Part shown: positions 39,843 to 53,800 of the stretch, in pieces
Layout: every line of letters starts with the position of its first letter
Position numbering within the stretch: position 1 is the first letter of the stretch
Assembly (NCBI GenBank): GCA_030141605.1
Contig: JAQGDQ010000258.1
Coordinates: 258,000-321,999 of the forward strand
DNA: 64,000 bases
Source of the DNA: Tubiluchus corallicola
Lineage: Eukaryota > Animalia > Priapulida
Direction: 5' to 3'
Position numbers and translations under genes: made by a program
Notes under the pieces: model-generated
The model's database searches: none
Told to the model about the DNA's origin: nothing
What the model saw: only the letters and a program-made list of their open reading frames with translations

Positions 39843-42800
39843 ATGCAATTTATTTTAAAAAGATTTGTATCCATCTTAAAAGTTGTGTACCTCAGTGCTA
39901 TAAGACAAATGCGTCATGTCAATCTAAAATACGTAGCTCTAAAAAAATTGGAAAAATTACAGATTTCATCTAAATTTGAAAGCACTCTATACTCATGTTC
40001 TGAACTGGCTTACATTTTAACCATAATTCGTTTACTACTTATACTTGGTGGTATCGAAACTAACCCTGGACCCATTTTGCCAAATAATAATAATAATAAC
40101 ACCAACAATAATAATACCAGTGATGAGCTAAAAAAATCATGATTACTTATAAAAAGAACATCAAATTTCTAAATATAAATATTCAAAGTCTCGTCAAAAA
40201 ACACTGGCTGCTGAAAGATACAATTCACGCCACCGAAAATCTGATTGTAGGCATAACAGAAACTTGGCTCCATAAACAAATACTTAGCAACACTATAGAA
40301 TTACCTAATCACACATTAATAAGAAGAGATAGATGTAAAAATAAGAAAGGTGGAGGGGGTGCGATGTATATACCTTCACACCTGAGACCACAAGAAATGA
40401 AAGGCATCAGAACCGGCAAGATTGAATCTGTTTGGTGCAGCATTGAGAACTATGTAATAGGAACCATATATAGACCACCCAATCTCAAACACAAAACATT
40501 TTTCAAATACTTTAGTGAAGAACTAGAACGCAGTGCTTTCGAAAATAAAAAAGTTCTTATAATGGGCGATTTCAACCTTGATATTTTAGCTACAAACACA
40601 CTGGCATACAAAACATACACAGAGCTCTTAAAACAATATAATGTCCACATACTTAACAACAATAAACCTACTCGAATTTCTAAAACATCAGCCACAGTAA
40701 TCGACCATTTCAGTTCGAATAGTAACAATAATTTCGTAGCATATGATACTTTCCCGTGTGATTATTCAGATCATCATTTCACAATATTAGTAGATAAAAT
40801 GACCCCACAGCATAATAATAACCAAAATTCAGTCTGGCATTTAATGAGAGACTACGCCCAATACAACAAACATTCATACTTAATCGACTTAGCAAAAATG
40901 AACTGGACCTCCGTATATATGACTGATAAAATAGATACACAAGTTAATATTCTGACATATAATGTCGAATATTGCCTTAATGTACATGCACCATATAAAA
41001 ACGTAAAGCAAATCCCACAACAAAGCAAACTCAATAACGAAAGTACCTGGACAACACCTGAACTTGACAAACTAAGAATAGCGAAAAACAGAATGTATAA
41101 TATATGGGAAAAGAACAAAACTAAAAACAATCATAACAATTATAAAAAAAGAGAAATCAATTTAATAATCTTAATAAATGCTTGAAAAATAAACATATAC
41201 AACAACAATGTAAAAACGCAACAAATACCAAAGAAAAATGGAAAATTATTAACAATGTAATAAATAAATGCCGTAACAAACTAACGAGTGTTGACGAAAT
41301 TAAGATCAACAACACTGTTATTACAAAACCCAAAGATATTGCCAACGCGCTAAATGCAATATTCCTGAATCTTGGAAATTTTAAGGGAGTGGCTTCTCAT
41401 ATTAGCAATAATATAATTAATAAATTAAAAAACAAATCGTCTAACACAGTATTCTCATTCAAAAGCGTCACAGTAGGAGAAATCAACGACATATTAAATA
41501 ACCTAAGTTCCAACAAAGGGAGTGGACCATCAGATATTCCTATCAAAATTCTAAAAGATAGTGCATCTGTAATAGCCCCGCATATGACTTACATTGCTAA
41601 TCAGATAATTATGAGAGGCGAATTTCCAACGGTATGTAAAATGGCAAACGTGACTCCAATCCATAAAAAAGATCCAAAATGTGATCCCATGAATTATCGC
41701 CCAATTTCCGTAATCCATTGTTTCGGCAAAGTTTGGGAAAGGGTAATTTATGATCAGATAAATTCATATGTAAATAAACATGAACTTTTATCAAAACATC
41801 AGTTTGGCTTCCGTAAACACCTTTCAACCATTGACGCCCTAATACACACAACAGAAAATTGGAGACATAGTTTAGACAACAAGCAATACATTTTAGCAGC
41901 ATTTTTGGATTTAAGTAAAGCTTTCGATAGCATTAATCACGAACTACTTTACGATAATTTAAAACAAATCGGATTAGATTCGATATCGATAAAACTGATA
42001 CAAAATTATCTCAAAGATAGACAACAACGAGTAAAGTTAGATACAACCAACTTTTCTGACTGGGCCACGTTAAACAGAGGTATACCGCAAGGAACACTAT
42101 TAGGTCCGTTATTATTTTGCCTATATATAAACAACACATCCAGTGTATTAAAACACTCACAAATAACGCAATACGCTGATGACACTACAATCTACATAGC
42201 CCATGAAAATGTCCAAACTGCAAAAAATTATTTAGAAGAAGATATAAATGAATAATGACAAAACAGAATTCATGATACTGTCACCCTCATTAAATACTAA
42301 TGATGCATCATCAACCACTTTGACAATAGATAATGCTGTAATCAAACAAACTAAGAATGTTAAATTCCTGGGCATACAAGTAGACAATAATCTTTCATGG
42401 GATGATCACTTTAATAACGTATACACAAAAATGGCATCTAGCACATCATATCTCCGACAAGTTAAAGGGCAACTAACAAAGGAAACTAAAACACTAATAT
42501 ATAAAACTTTAGTTCTACCACACTTCTTATATGGATGTACGCTACTTCAAAAAACCAAAAGAGAAAATTACTTAAAATTAAATCTCCTTCAAAACTATGC
42601 GTTGAGATTGATAGCTGGGTACTCATACAAACACAAGGCAGGTAGACAAAAATTCAAAGCTTCAACAACTAACCTGAGAAAAACTTTAAAATTCCCAATC
42701 ATTGAAGCACACAAAGAATATTTTACTCTGCTTTTTATATTTAAATACATTAACAACATCAGCAAACCATTCCAGAATAACAGATTTACCTTTTTTTCCA

Positions 42801-43052
42801 AATCCTATCGTTAATTCCAGAACAAGCAATCTAAAACAAATTAGGACAAATACCCACTATGGAACGAACTCTGTAATCAAACAAGCAATTTTACTTTGGA
42901 ATTCTCTACCATTACAGGTTAAACAAATCAAGTCCCTATCAGCATTTAAAACAAAATTAAAATCACTAATATTAACCAGATATGAAATACCATCACACCA
43001 GTACGACAACATACACACTAATTCCGAATTCATATACCCACGGCCATATTAA
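39843..43052 (+). pseudogene. LINE pol ORF broken into five pieces
   Basis: Frameshifts occur at the A-runs 40130-40136 and 41144-41150 and near 42790-42815. About a dozen codons of the usual WxxxNxLxxN segment are missing between EEDINE and NDKTEFMI (about 42250). Confidence 0.9.
40047..40073 (+). other. 2A-like (StopGo/ribosome-skipping) motif variant GGIETNPGP
   Basis: IRLLLILGGIETNPGP lies just upstream of the APE domain. The canonical core is GD(V/I)ExNPGP. Confidence 0.8.
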
Positions 43053-43256
43053 TTAAATCATAGTTTTTTTTATATTTTTTGTGTATAGTTGTAAATATGT
43101 TTGATTTTATTCGTCGTTACTTTCCATTACTGCACAGTAGTTTAGATTGCACTGACGCATTTGCCTTCAGCAGTGTAAGTTTTTATTAACTAACACTGAT
43201 TGATTATCTCTGTAAAGTTTTTATCAGTGATTATCAATGTTTTTAATGGCAAATAA

Positions 43257-43258
<2 letters not shown>

Positions 43259-43307
<49 letters not shown>

Positions 43308-43335
43308 TGTGTGTGTGTGTGCGTGCACGTGCGTG
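43259..43335. repeat. (GT)n microsatellite forming the LINE tail
   Basis: Directly visible, 1 bp after AATAAA. Confidence 0.95.
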
Positions 43336-46300
43336 TGTTTGTAATATGTATGTAAGTAAATGTGTCTAGTAGTTTACAATGTTAAGTATCCGCTTGCTCT
43401 TCATTCCTGTGTGACATTGCGGTATTGCATAATTTGCATTACAGCTGACTAATTTACTGAAAGTCAAAATAAAAAATAGACAGATTTCATTTTTTTCGCA
43501 TTTTAGGAGCTAACTGTAAAGTGGGTTAGTGCCATTTAAGTACGGTCTGGCCGAATTTTTACGAAAACAGTCAACATATTAAATTAACAGGTGTTCATGT
43601 TTTGTACGAAAATATGTTGGCAATATTGCAGTAGAGCTTTGAAATATAAATGTTTTTTTACAATGCGGTTTGTAAAATTAATTTTTTTATGTTATATGGC
43701 TTTTTTATCTCAAGTAAATGCCGATAATTTTGTTCATAAAGCATCTGAGGAATCTTTTACCGGCATCATCATTTTCCAAATCAAATAAGACTGACATAAT
43801 TTAATGCTAAACTAAGCACACTTTTACTGTTAAAATAAATCAGACTAAGCGTCTTTTCAAAATTCTTTAATGAAGCCAAACTTTTGCTCAGTAGACGCAG
43901 TTCGTGCATACATTGTGTTCTCACAGAGTTAAGTAATTTCGCTGTCTAAGCTGGAGGCTTGTCAAAGAATTGTTAACAAAGTTAAAAGTAATCCTTTCAT
44001 TCCCATTGGACTAATGACAGATCAAAAGCTTAACATGTTAGCAAGACCAGCTCAAAGAAATATCGAAGAGGCATCATTTAAGGTTAAGCTTACGTATGTT
44101 AATAAGAAGCCTTAAATGCACGTATGGTTGCGTTTTTTAATGATGAATGCCATTCATCAAAGTCCCCCTTCAGAAGAATGACCAATTAGCATTTTACAGA
44201 GATTTTGTTACTAGAATGAAACCATTGTACGCTTGAGACAGGTTATCTCAATACAAGGTATGATGTGCTATTGAGAGGTAGCTACAGAATAAATTTAAAA
44301 CAATAATGCTGAAAATGATTTAAAATTATAATTAATTGGATCAGGTTGTTTATTTCACAGATTTTAAATCGTAGCGATGTCGTTCTTTTGAAGATTTTAC
44401 TTTATTGACTTAGTTACAACAAGATTAAGAGTAACAGCTCTTACAGTATGCTACCTGTCTTATTTTATTTTACATGTTCGATTTTATTTTGATTTAAATT
44501 TATATCTCACCACTGTAATCCATATTCATTGGACCCTATGCAGTTTTAAATTCCTCTTTGTAGAATTATTACACGTTATTATACCACTTTCTCAACATGA
44601 AAAAATTATGGTTCCTCATACTTTCATTTATTCTCACTTTTTTGTGCAAAATTTGTAATATTTACCCTAATGTTCAGACCATAAGTTAGTACATCTAAAA
44701 CACGCTTACATTTTGTAAAATAGTCTGAGCAAAATAGTCTATTTAATTTAGGCCATTGATTTTAAATTTCCATTTTCTGTGTTTTTCTGTGTATTTTATT
44801 TGTTTTGTTTTATGGACGGCAAAGTACGAAAGCGATAACCAGATTTTTTTATAATCGGATATCATGGCCCTAATACGCTTTCGTAGCTAGGAGTTATACT
44901 CGTTCTATTGTTTAAATCCCGTCTTAAAATAAACTAGTACTTACGTACATAGTTAATTACTTTCTTATTTTTATCTTAAACAAGAAAAATTATTTTTCGT
45001 TTCATTTCCTATATTCCTCCTACCATGTTAGTCGTGGGATTTTAAAGAAATACAGTTTGGTGTATGTTTTATTACTGAATAGGATTTTCTTCTGTTTACT
45101 TAACAATTGCTCTGTTGTGGGCAGACGTATGAACCAGACAAAGTCAATAGATATCCGTTTACATGGTAAATGACGTAGTTGTACAAACTATAATCATCAA
45201 TGAAATTGATAAAGAAATGTCAGATTTGAAGAGCTAGTCAAATAGAAGATGCGCAAGAAATTTAAACTGTAGGTAAAAAGTATTTAAAGTGGTGCGTTGG
45301 TGTATTTGTTATGGCGTATTCACATGCATCAGGATTGTACTATGACGGTTATGTGATTGTTCTGGCAACGATAATTCTAGGGAAGGTGGAATAATGGGGA
45401 GGGCTGAGTGGTCACGATATGTGAGTAGTGATCGAAATTAAGCCAGTGTTTTACATGGTTGACGAAGGATGCATGTGCATCAGAATGCGGCTAAGAGCTC
45501 AACCGCCCAGAGCTCGGCGTCTCATCTTAAAAGAACATCAATGACAATACGTTTCCTCGTAATCCTACCACAAATATATAAATTAAGTAGCGCTCATGCC
45601 ATTAAGTACTGAAGCCTGACTTGTAGGATTCAAAACTGTATAAAAATAAATGAATATATTGGCAAAATTGCTTCTCACATTTTTACTCAATAATTGCTAG
45701 ATGCAGAATTGATGCTTATAAATTCAGATTCCTAACTAATAGTAGGAGATAGACCTTATAAATACAGATAGGTCTACCTTCCACTACTAGTTAATTAGTT
45801 ATAATCATTCAGTCTTTCTGGGCGTGTGTTCGTACTTTCACTTTTTAACCGTAGTTCTCTTAAGATGAATGGCCACCCGCTTATTTGGTGATTTGTATTA
45901 AAAAGCACCAGAACTTAAAAAGGATGATCCTTTTACATGACTACAGAACTGATGTCTTAACCACGTTCCGAAATAGTACGGCAGTTCAGGCAAATTTTAC
46001 TGAAGCAGTTCTGTATGGTTTCTATTCTATTAACTAACCAGGTCTAGCCTCGTTTAAATTCACTCGATACTACGTATATGAGTCCATTCCTTCTCTTAGC
46101 CATGGTAAATTTTACGGCGGTAAAGTAACTGTTGTAAGTGCACTGTACAACTTAAAACTTATTGTAGAATTACAGTAGATGACTACAAAAATCGAACCTT
46201 CGTAACCAGCAAAATGACCCCACAGAGAAGCCAGTGATGAACTTATATGGTTTAGAGTACGCCATACTGTACCCTTTTACAACCATTATTTGCTAACCAT

Positions 46301-47713
46301 TTGAGCGCAATTTCGACATCATTCGCCAATTATCAACCGATACTGTGAACATTAATTACTTATAACCACACGTGTGTACAAAACATCCCTAACTAAAGGA
46401 CGCGGAACAGCTGGTGCTCTTTAAGCATATATTCCAGCCTACGTAACTGACTAACTGCAGAGCAAAGGAGGTTGATTAGGTTATTAAAGGTGTAGAAATA
46501 AGTAGCATTTGCAAGCTTAATCATCCTTGACTACTCTCTGGAGGTGGGGTACATGTGTGGTCGTCATTATCTCATCTCAATGGTAATAATTAGACTATGC
46601 GTCTTAGGACCTCATTAGGGTATTGCAAAAATGGGAAAAAATCCTGAGATTAGGAGTTGAAATAGCATATATTGCATGAAAGAATGTATAACCACGGATG
46701 AGCATTTGTGCGTACTGAAAAGGGAAGTACATAGCTAAATATAATTGATTTTCAACAATATAGCTACGTATAAATTTTGTAGCTAGAAATAAACTAGTGA
46801 ACTAAGTCTAAACTTTGTTCTATAGGAACTAACATAGCTTAAACAAAGTTTTTTTATTGAGTACTTAATTACAAAAAAAACGTTTTTCATTTTTATGCGA
46901 AACCCATTTTTTTATATTTTTCGAAACAAGCTTTTATGTTATACAAGAAGGTATACAGAGAGTCAAAGAAGGGAGGACATTTTATATTTGTTTGCAGTAA
47001 ATTTAACAAATTTGACTGATAGAAAGCTGGTAATTTTTGCAAAGCAAAACTGCACTTACGCTGATAATATTGAAGGTACGGCCCTACATGAAATCTTATT
47101 CGACTCGGAAATCCCACTAACTAATACAGTTTTGCGGTCACATGAAATCAGCTCGACTGAAAACATGTATAAACTAATTTGCTTCATCAATTCATCGGTG
47201 CAGAAGGGAAAGCCACTTCCTGATCAAATCAGGAAATCGAATAACAAAAAGTTTTTTCTGCATATTTCCCTGATTCGAAGCAGCCGATTCGGTGGAAGAT
47301 CCAAGATTTAATCTGTTGCGTACGATTATTTTTATACTACATTATACTTAGCTTGAAAAATGTTTAATCTGTTTAGATGATCCCTTAGTTATTAATTACC
47401 AAACATTATTATGTAATAAAAAGTTCTTTAAATCTAGTTGTCAGCTGCCAAAATCATTTGCATGACCGTTACAGACATATAATTGCGCGAAGATGATCGA
47501 TAAAGTTTTTAATGCGCAAGAATAGTTTGTTCAACATGTTCTGTGCAGCATTCCAGACCAGACTTTAGATTGTATTTGACTTTAGACACCAATATGAAGC
47601 AGTTAACAAAACAAATCAATCAACTATTCATTTCGTATTGAAAATTTCATGGAACGATTTTAACAAATTCGAAAGTTTATCTACTCGGAAGTTGCTTTTT
47701 TCATTTTCCATGT

Positions 47714-48051
47714 AACTAGAGAGCACTGAGTAAAAGGGCATAGCTGTTTTGATGAGATCGACATACTTTGAGGCTACCACAAAAATTATTGCGAAAAAGC
47801 AGCTACTGTCTTGTGGAGTATCTAGTAGTGCCAGTAGGTTAATTCTTAATATACGTGGATGTAAAGCTTCAGAAAACGATGCCCATAAGCCCTCGCTAAG
47901 CAAATGAGCCATGCCTCACCGCGGTGCGAGGTATCAACTTTCTAGATTACTTTAGTGCGGAGAAAAAGTCGCGACAGGCTAACAGACAGACGGACAAATG
48001 CACAGACAGAACTGATAATTCTATAGTTACCCACTTATTTGGGGAAACTAT
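47714..48051 (+). mobile_element. Helentron-associated (HINE/DINE-like) non-autonomous element
   Basis: It starts AACTAGAGAGCACTGAGT, has an ACAG/ACGG microsatellite near the 3' end, and ends in the hairpin TAGTTACCCA-CTTATT-TGGGGAAACTA. Confidence 0.45.
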
Positions 48052-48806
48052 ACGATATTTTGAACAGACACCACCACCACCACACTAGCAAATCGTAGCA
48101 TAGATTTCGTCTAATTTAAAAAAAAGAAGTGAATACAATTTATCGAAAATACAAAAAGGTGTGGCTGATGCTTGAATTTTTGTGTATTTCTGGGTGAGAC
48201 GAGGCTCTTATTATTTGGCAATATAAGTAAGAATAAAAATAAGATAAGAAAACGTCGACATCCTTTTTTAACTAATTTCCAATTTCGGAGTACGTATTTA
48301 TTTAAAATTCCATCATCTGCGTTAAAAACTTTTTAATATCTTTTTGTACTTTCTACTTAGTTGCAATTGCAACAACTTCACATTTGACTGAAGTTGTGTA
48401 ATTTCAACTAAATGTAGAGCATAAAGAAAACTGGACAAATTGTATGCCACTGATAATAACTTCAACCAAACGTAAAATACAAAAATGTTGAAAAATTGTT
48501 TAGCACTGTTGATGAGTTTTAAATAAATAAACAAGCCGAAATCAATTTGGCTAATACAGTTCTTATCTTAATTTTTTTTGCTTGTATCAAAAATAAGTGT
48601 TCATGTACACCCCCCCCTCAGGAGCACATTTCAAGATCGTGATAGTCACGAGTTTTTCTCAAAATCTAAATTGACACGCAATTTGATTACATTACATTTG
48701 CGCTGGAAATGTTTTACCTGAAATAATATTTTTGCATTTAGTTCTTAAATCAACATTATGAAATTGTCTTTTGTTTTCAATAACAAAACTTTGTAGATCT
48801 ATGGGA

Positions 48807-49181
48807 ATCGAACAAAAGGTTATTTTGACTGTGTACTTTTCCTTTCACATTTTTATTTAAATTCTTCTCATTTTAATTAATTTTCTCTAATTATCATTTC
48901 TTTAAATTCACCGCTATCACCTTTCCGTCCGTCTTTTTGCGTTTTTTTCTAGTTACTCCTCTTCTTATTTTGTTTTGTTTCTTTCTTCCATATTTGCTCT
49001 GTCCCCCTTTTTCTTTTTCTTTATTTCTCTCTCTCTCTCTCTCTCTTTCTCTTTCTGTTGTTATATCGTTAATTGTTCTTTGTGTTATTGTCATGTGCCA
49101 TAATTCAGTTTATTTTTTGTATTAATCTGTGATGTTTGTATGAACGTTGCAAAGTTTGAAAAAACATTAAATCAAATCCAC

Positions 49182-49240
<59 letters not shown>

Positions 49241-49295
49241 TCTCCTCCCCCTTTCTTTCTCTCTCTCTCTCTCCTCTTTTTTCTCTTTCTGTCTC
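48807..49295. repeat. Dispersed repeat copy 1 (~375 bp core + CT microsatellite)
   Basis: Near-identical to 61671-62052, from ATCGAACAAAAGGTTATTTTGAC to TAAATCAAATCC. Both copies are followed by (CT)n. Confidence 0.92.
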
Positions 49296-50429
49296 TTGTC
49301 CCGTCCATTTCTGTCATGTCATTTCATTGTCAGTCTCTTCCTCAACCCCATTCTCTCGTCTTTCCCTTTCTGCCTCACCTCTCCTCTCTTCTTTTTTTTC
49401 TTACTTCTGTTCCTAACTTACTCCCTCACTTCCACACCTTACCTCTCATTCACCGATTCTTTGTTTTATCTGCCTGCTGTCTGTCTTGTTAGCTGGCTGG
49501 CTTTTCTGTTTTTTTGTTCGGAGTCCTTTCTTATGTTCATAGATCTGTCTGCCCGTCCTCCATTTGTCCATCTGTCTATTTGTCATAATTATGATTGCCT
49601 CTTGCTTTCCTCTTCGCTGATTATTTTCTCACATTTTCCTGTTACATTCTATACTTTTACCTTATACAATTTTCTCTCAGCTTCTCTGTGCGCTTTTGCT
49701 GCTAGATTTATTGCCTGAGAGCTTTCGGCACTTGTAAAAATTTAACGCGGTTGGTCAGTAAGCAAGTGTCTCTTTCTAGCCTTTTCACTTTTCGTTCGGA
49801 GAATAGAAAGTGACAAGAAAAGTCAGAGCGTGAAAAGGCAGCTAAGTATTCCCCAGAGATAATTTTGTCTTTAAGAAACCATTTACGGTATTTAGCAATA
49901 GCAATGAAGCTGCCTGATGACACACTATAAGCCTGTGCAGACAAGTGTAGCAACTTTTTGGCCTTTACGTATTTTCCTAATTATTATTATTATTACTTTC
50001 TTCTCTGTTGTTCTTTGTATTAGAAATTATCAAAACCAACAAATAGGAAGAATTAGGTAGTGGAGGAATGTGTTCCAAGACTGCAAACGCGTTACCTCCT
50101 AGTTGTTTGACTGCAGCTGATACACGTTAGGCGATTAAGTTGTTTTTCGGATTTGAGGGAAAAGATAAAATTCAAACTGGCTATTTGACATTCTCGGTGA
50201 TATATATTTGTAAGTGTTCTAAACACGTATTACACATCCATACTATAAGTTACAAAAGGTTGGTTTTCAAGCTGTTTTCAGTTTTAATTGAAAATGACTT
50301 TTGGATACCCACTCAAGTTCCCATTACTTCTATCTATTATGTGGTACTATAAGTAATGCTGGTTTCGAAGCCCAATAGCTATTTTTGACGATGAACGACT
50401 CACTCAAGTTCCTAAACTGTGCGAATCAA

Positions 50430-50840
50430 TAACAGGTTGTTGGTTCGAGGCCAATAATTAATTGCCAGGTTGCAGCCCAATCACAATTTGCTAGCCATTA
50501 GCAGTAACTGGCAGTTTACAGACAATGATTCACTGACTGTGATTCGTTGCTAGGTTGCAGCCAATGGGATGTTGCTAGCTTGTAGCCAATGGCAGGTTTG
50601 GTAGGTTACAACCAATGACAGGTTGCTAACTTGTAGCCAGTGACAAGTTGTTAACTTGCAGCCAATGGCCGGTTGCTAGCTTTCCGCCAATGATAGGTAG
50701 TTGGTTGCAGCTGACAACAGTTGCTTAGGTTACAGACTATGATTGGTAGTAAGACTGCAGCCATTGACAGGTAGTTAGGTTGCAGCCATTGGATGGTTGC
50801 TAGACTGCAGTCAATGGCGGGTTGCTAGGTTGCACTAATA
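50430..50840. repeat. 25-bp minisatellite (consensus ~GTTGCTAGGTTGCAGCCAATGACAG), about a dozen or more diverged copies
   Basis: Periodic (T)TGCAGCCAATG / GTTGCTAG motifs, clearest at 50545-50835. Confidence 0.9.
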
Positions 50841-53800
50841 ACAATGGTGCAGGCTTAGTACATATGACATGAATAGAAACCACTTTTCTGTACTTTGAAA
50901 AACTACCGTTAGATTCTAATATTATGGAAGTACATATGGGAGGGATATAAACATTAGGGTATTACGTCGAATCAGTTGAGTTGACCGCCTAGCATTAAAA
51001 AGTCCAACTTAAACATTGATAGCTCCATTTTAACTCAGTTCATTCTGACTGACTGGGGCCTCGTCACGTCGCCCATTTTCCAAAAACATTTTCGAAATGT
51101 CTTGTTTATAATGAGATTTGAAGTTGATAATTTCAGTTGCCAGTTTGCTGTCATTATTGTTATATAATCCTAGGGTTATAATATGTATACCACTTAGAAG
51201 GCTGCATTTATTTGACACCTAAATGCCAGTACGCCATCTGTTGCTGTTTTTGAAATTTACAGTCAACTTGAAAATATCATAGTAACGGTACATAAAACGT
51301 CTGTCGATTACACGTCTAACGTTGTCCCAAAACTATACAAATAAAAACTAGTCATTAAAGCGACCAGATCCTCTCATAAAACAGATCGAAATCAGAAGAT
51401 GAAAGCAATAAATTCTGTACAAACTTAAACACTTTCTAGCTAGCAATGAGCATTTAGGAAATGAGTGGTGCAGAAAGTCTAACGAAACGCACGTAATTTA
51501 GAGCTGGAAGGATATAAAACCTCCTAGTTAGCCTCCAATATAAATTGACAAGTGATCGCTTCCACATTAACGTGTGGATTGTTGAATTGTGGCGCAAAAT
51601 TAACGAGGCTACTCAACGCCAACTTTGTTTGACAGCATTGCTTATGACGAGGTTATTTAACCATAGCTTTGACGGCAAACGCATTAATTGCTCTTTGATG
51701 GCAATGCGTGGAGGCAGTTGTTCGTCACTCCTTTTTCAAAGTTCTCATCCAGGCGTCTTGGACTTGCTCGAGTCATGTCAGTTTCTGTTCACTCTCGACT
51801 GTGTTGAAATTGTAGCACACTACATGATCTTCATATCTTCATATTTACCCTACCGTTTTCGACAACGATGCTCTAAAACCTATAGCAAAGCAGAAATTGG
51901 CCATGAAGCAGCTGACAGAGCTGTGTATTTTAAAACGGTCTAATGTTAATCTTACTCTTTTGCTGTAGACTGCAGTATAAGTAGGTATCTGATTACTAGA
52001 CATGCGAACTTTGAAAAAAATTATTGTGGTCAATAAAACTGAACGGGAATATTGAAAACCGTCGTAAAGATCAAAAGAAACTCCTCCAAAGTGTGGAAGT
52101 TTCCTCACGCAAGATTAAAAACGAAGACATTGCGTTAATAAATTCATTAATTGAATTCCTAAACCGGAAAGTTTTTTTCCTTCCAATAAGTTTTTTACGG
52201 TTAATTATTTTAACTGTGATTTTATTACACTTGTAGCGGGCTGTTTAAATGCATCAATTTATCAAGCATTTAATCTTACTCGTCTTTTTCTTTGAAATTC
52301 GAGGCGATTTGTCAGCCTCCTAGTGATGCTGTCACAATCATCATAGTACAATAAATACACATAATCAAAAATATGTTTAACAATGGAAATACCCTGCACA
52401 AAAACGTAAAAATTATGAATCTGAAATTACACCGATGAAATGCGCCGAAATTTCAAATAATATGTAAGCTAACATTACAAAATACACCTCAGCGTCAACT
52501 CTCGTTTAAGTCAAATGACAGCATGACATGTAAATTATTGAAAATTAATGAACAAGTGATATTACAGCCAAAGAAATGGGACGGAGGAATGAACTTTGTG
52601 GTATGAAAAATGCCACCAAATAGCAGAGCATTATAGCTGCAAATGGGCTTCTTCAATTACATCGTTAAACATTTATTATTCTCTGCGAAGGTAGATCAAA
52701 ATAGCACTTTATGTCTGGTCTAGCTCCCGGAGCTGCTTTATTCTTGTAGCGTTGCCTCATTTGACTGCCGGAAAATTTGAAAGTTTTTTGTCCTGCACTA
52801 ATATCTCTTCTCTAGAGGAAACTTAGCCCCTTCACGAGAAAAAAGACAGTATATTTTTGAGTACTTTGAGTAAACTGTACAGACGCTTCATAAAAGCAAA
52901 TGAGTATTTTTAGATGAAAATGCTTTAATTATTTTTATTACTAGTACAAATCTAATATTCAAACATACAAAATACAAACGTACATTCCAAGCCAAGCCAT
53001 CCAACGCTGGGCCAACGTTATAGAATGCTAAACACAATCACAATCATAACACTTTAAAACGTTTCTTGAATTGTGGTATTTCATTTGCGTCAAGCAGAAA
53101 TATTGGCAATGGTAAAAAGGCGTGTTGAGATCAGATCAAGAGTGACAGTGTATCATTGCCTATAGAATCAGTTGACGTGGGGCCTATGTTGACTAACTTC
53201 TCGGGCAGACGCCATGTTAAACAGTATTAGAAGAACATGTAGCCGTTTCTAATCGTTGCCCTTGCTTCAAACCAAAGCCACGAAAAAACAGCACGTTAGT
53301 TGATTAATTTTCTAAAGTAAAGTATTCAAAAATATTTCATTGTAAAAGCAAATGTATTAATTTACTAATTCAAGTCCTGCATATAAATATAATCTTTAAT
53401 GAGACAGAATTGTAATTACAACTGCTTAGACCTGCAACCAATTCCTGTGCTGCAAAGACTATTGAAACTGCCAGAACTTAAGAAATTGAAAGTCACAACT
53501 CGGAAAAATTATTAATGTCGTACACGTTCTCTAGCCAGTCATAATGAAAATGAATAACGACAGGTTAATTAACACCCAGGGACATTGTCCAGGTGAATTT
53601 GTAGGTGTAAATTGATGTTATTATATCGTGCGCTGTCTAAACAAACAATTATTAACTTTGGTGTACACAAATTGATAACGATTATGTAACAGTAGCACGT
53701 TGCTTGATAACCGCTATCAGCTTCCCTACATACAATGACTTTGCCAGAAAATGCCCGCCTCATTAATGTAAACTAATGTTATATTATTTAGTACCGGAGC

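Larger units (their letters stand above)
39843..43335 (+). mobile_element. Non-LTR retrotransposon (CR1/L2 group, Crack/Daphne/L2-like): 2A-like leader + APE + RT, disrupted
   Basis: APE motifs are NINIQSL, GITETWL, IYRPP, MGDFN and SDH. RT motifs are NYRPIS, QFGFR, FLDLSKAFDSINH, GIPQGTLLGPLLF, YADD and VKFLGI. The C-terminus carries LWNSLP...AFKTKLK. The 3' UTR has AATAAA (43252-43257) directly before a (GT)n tail. The 5' boundary and TSD were not identified. Confidence 0.95.

Noticed and set aside
46895-47311. 138-aa ORF
   Set aside because: No motif, homology or splice support that I can recognise.
50430-50840. CRISPR-like array
   Set aside because: Head-to-tail diverged units without spacers, in a eukaryotic context with no cas genes.
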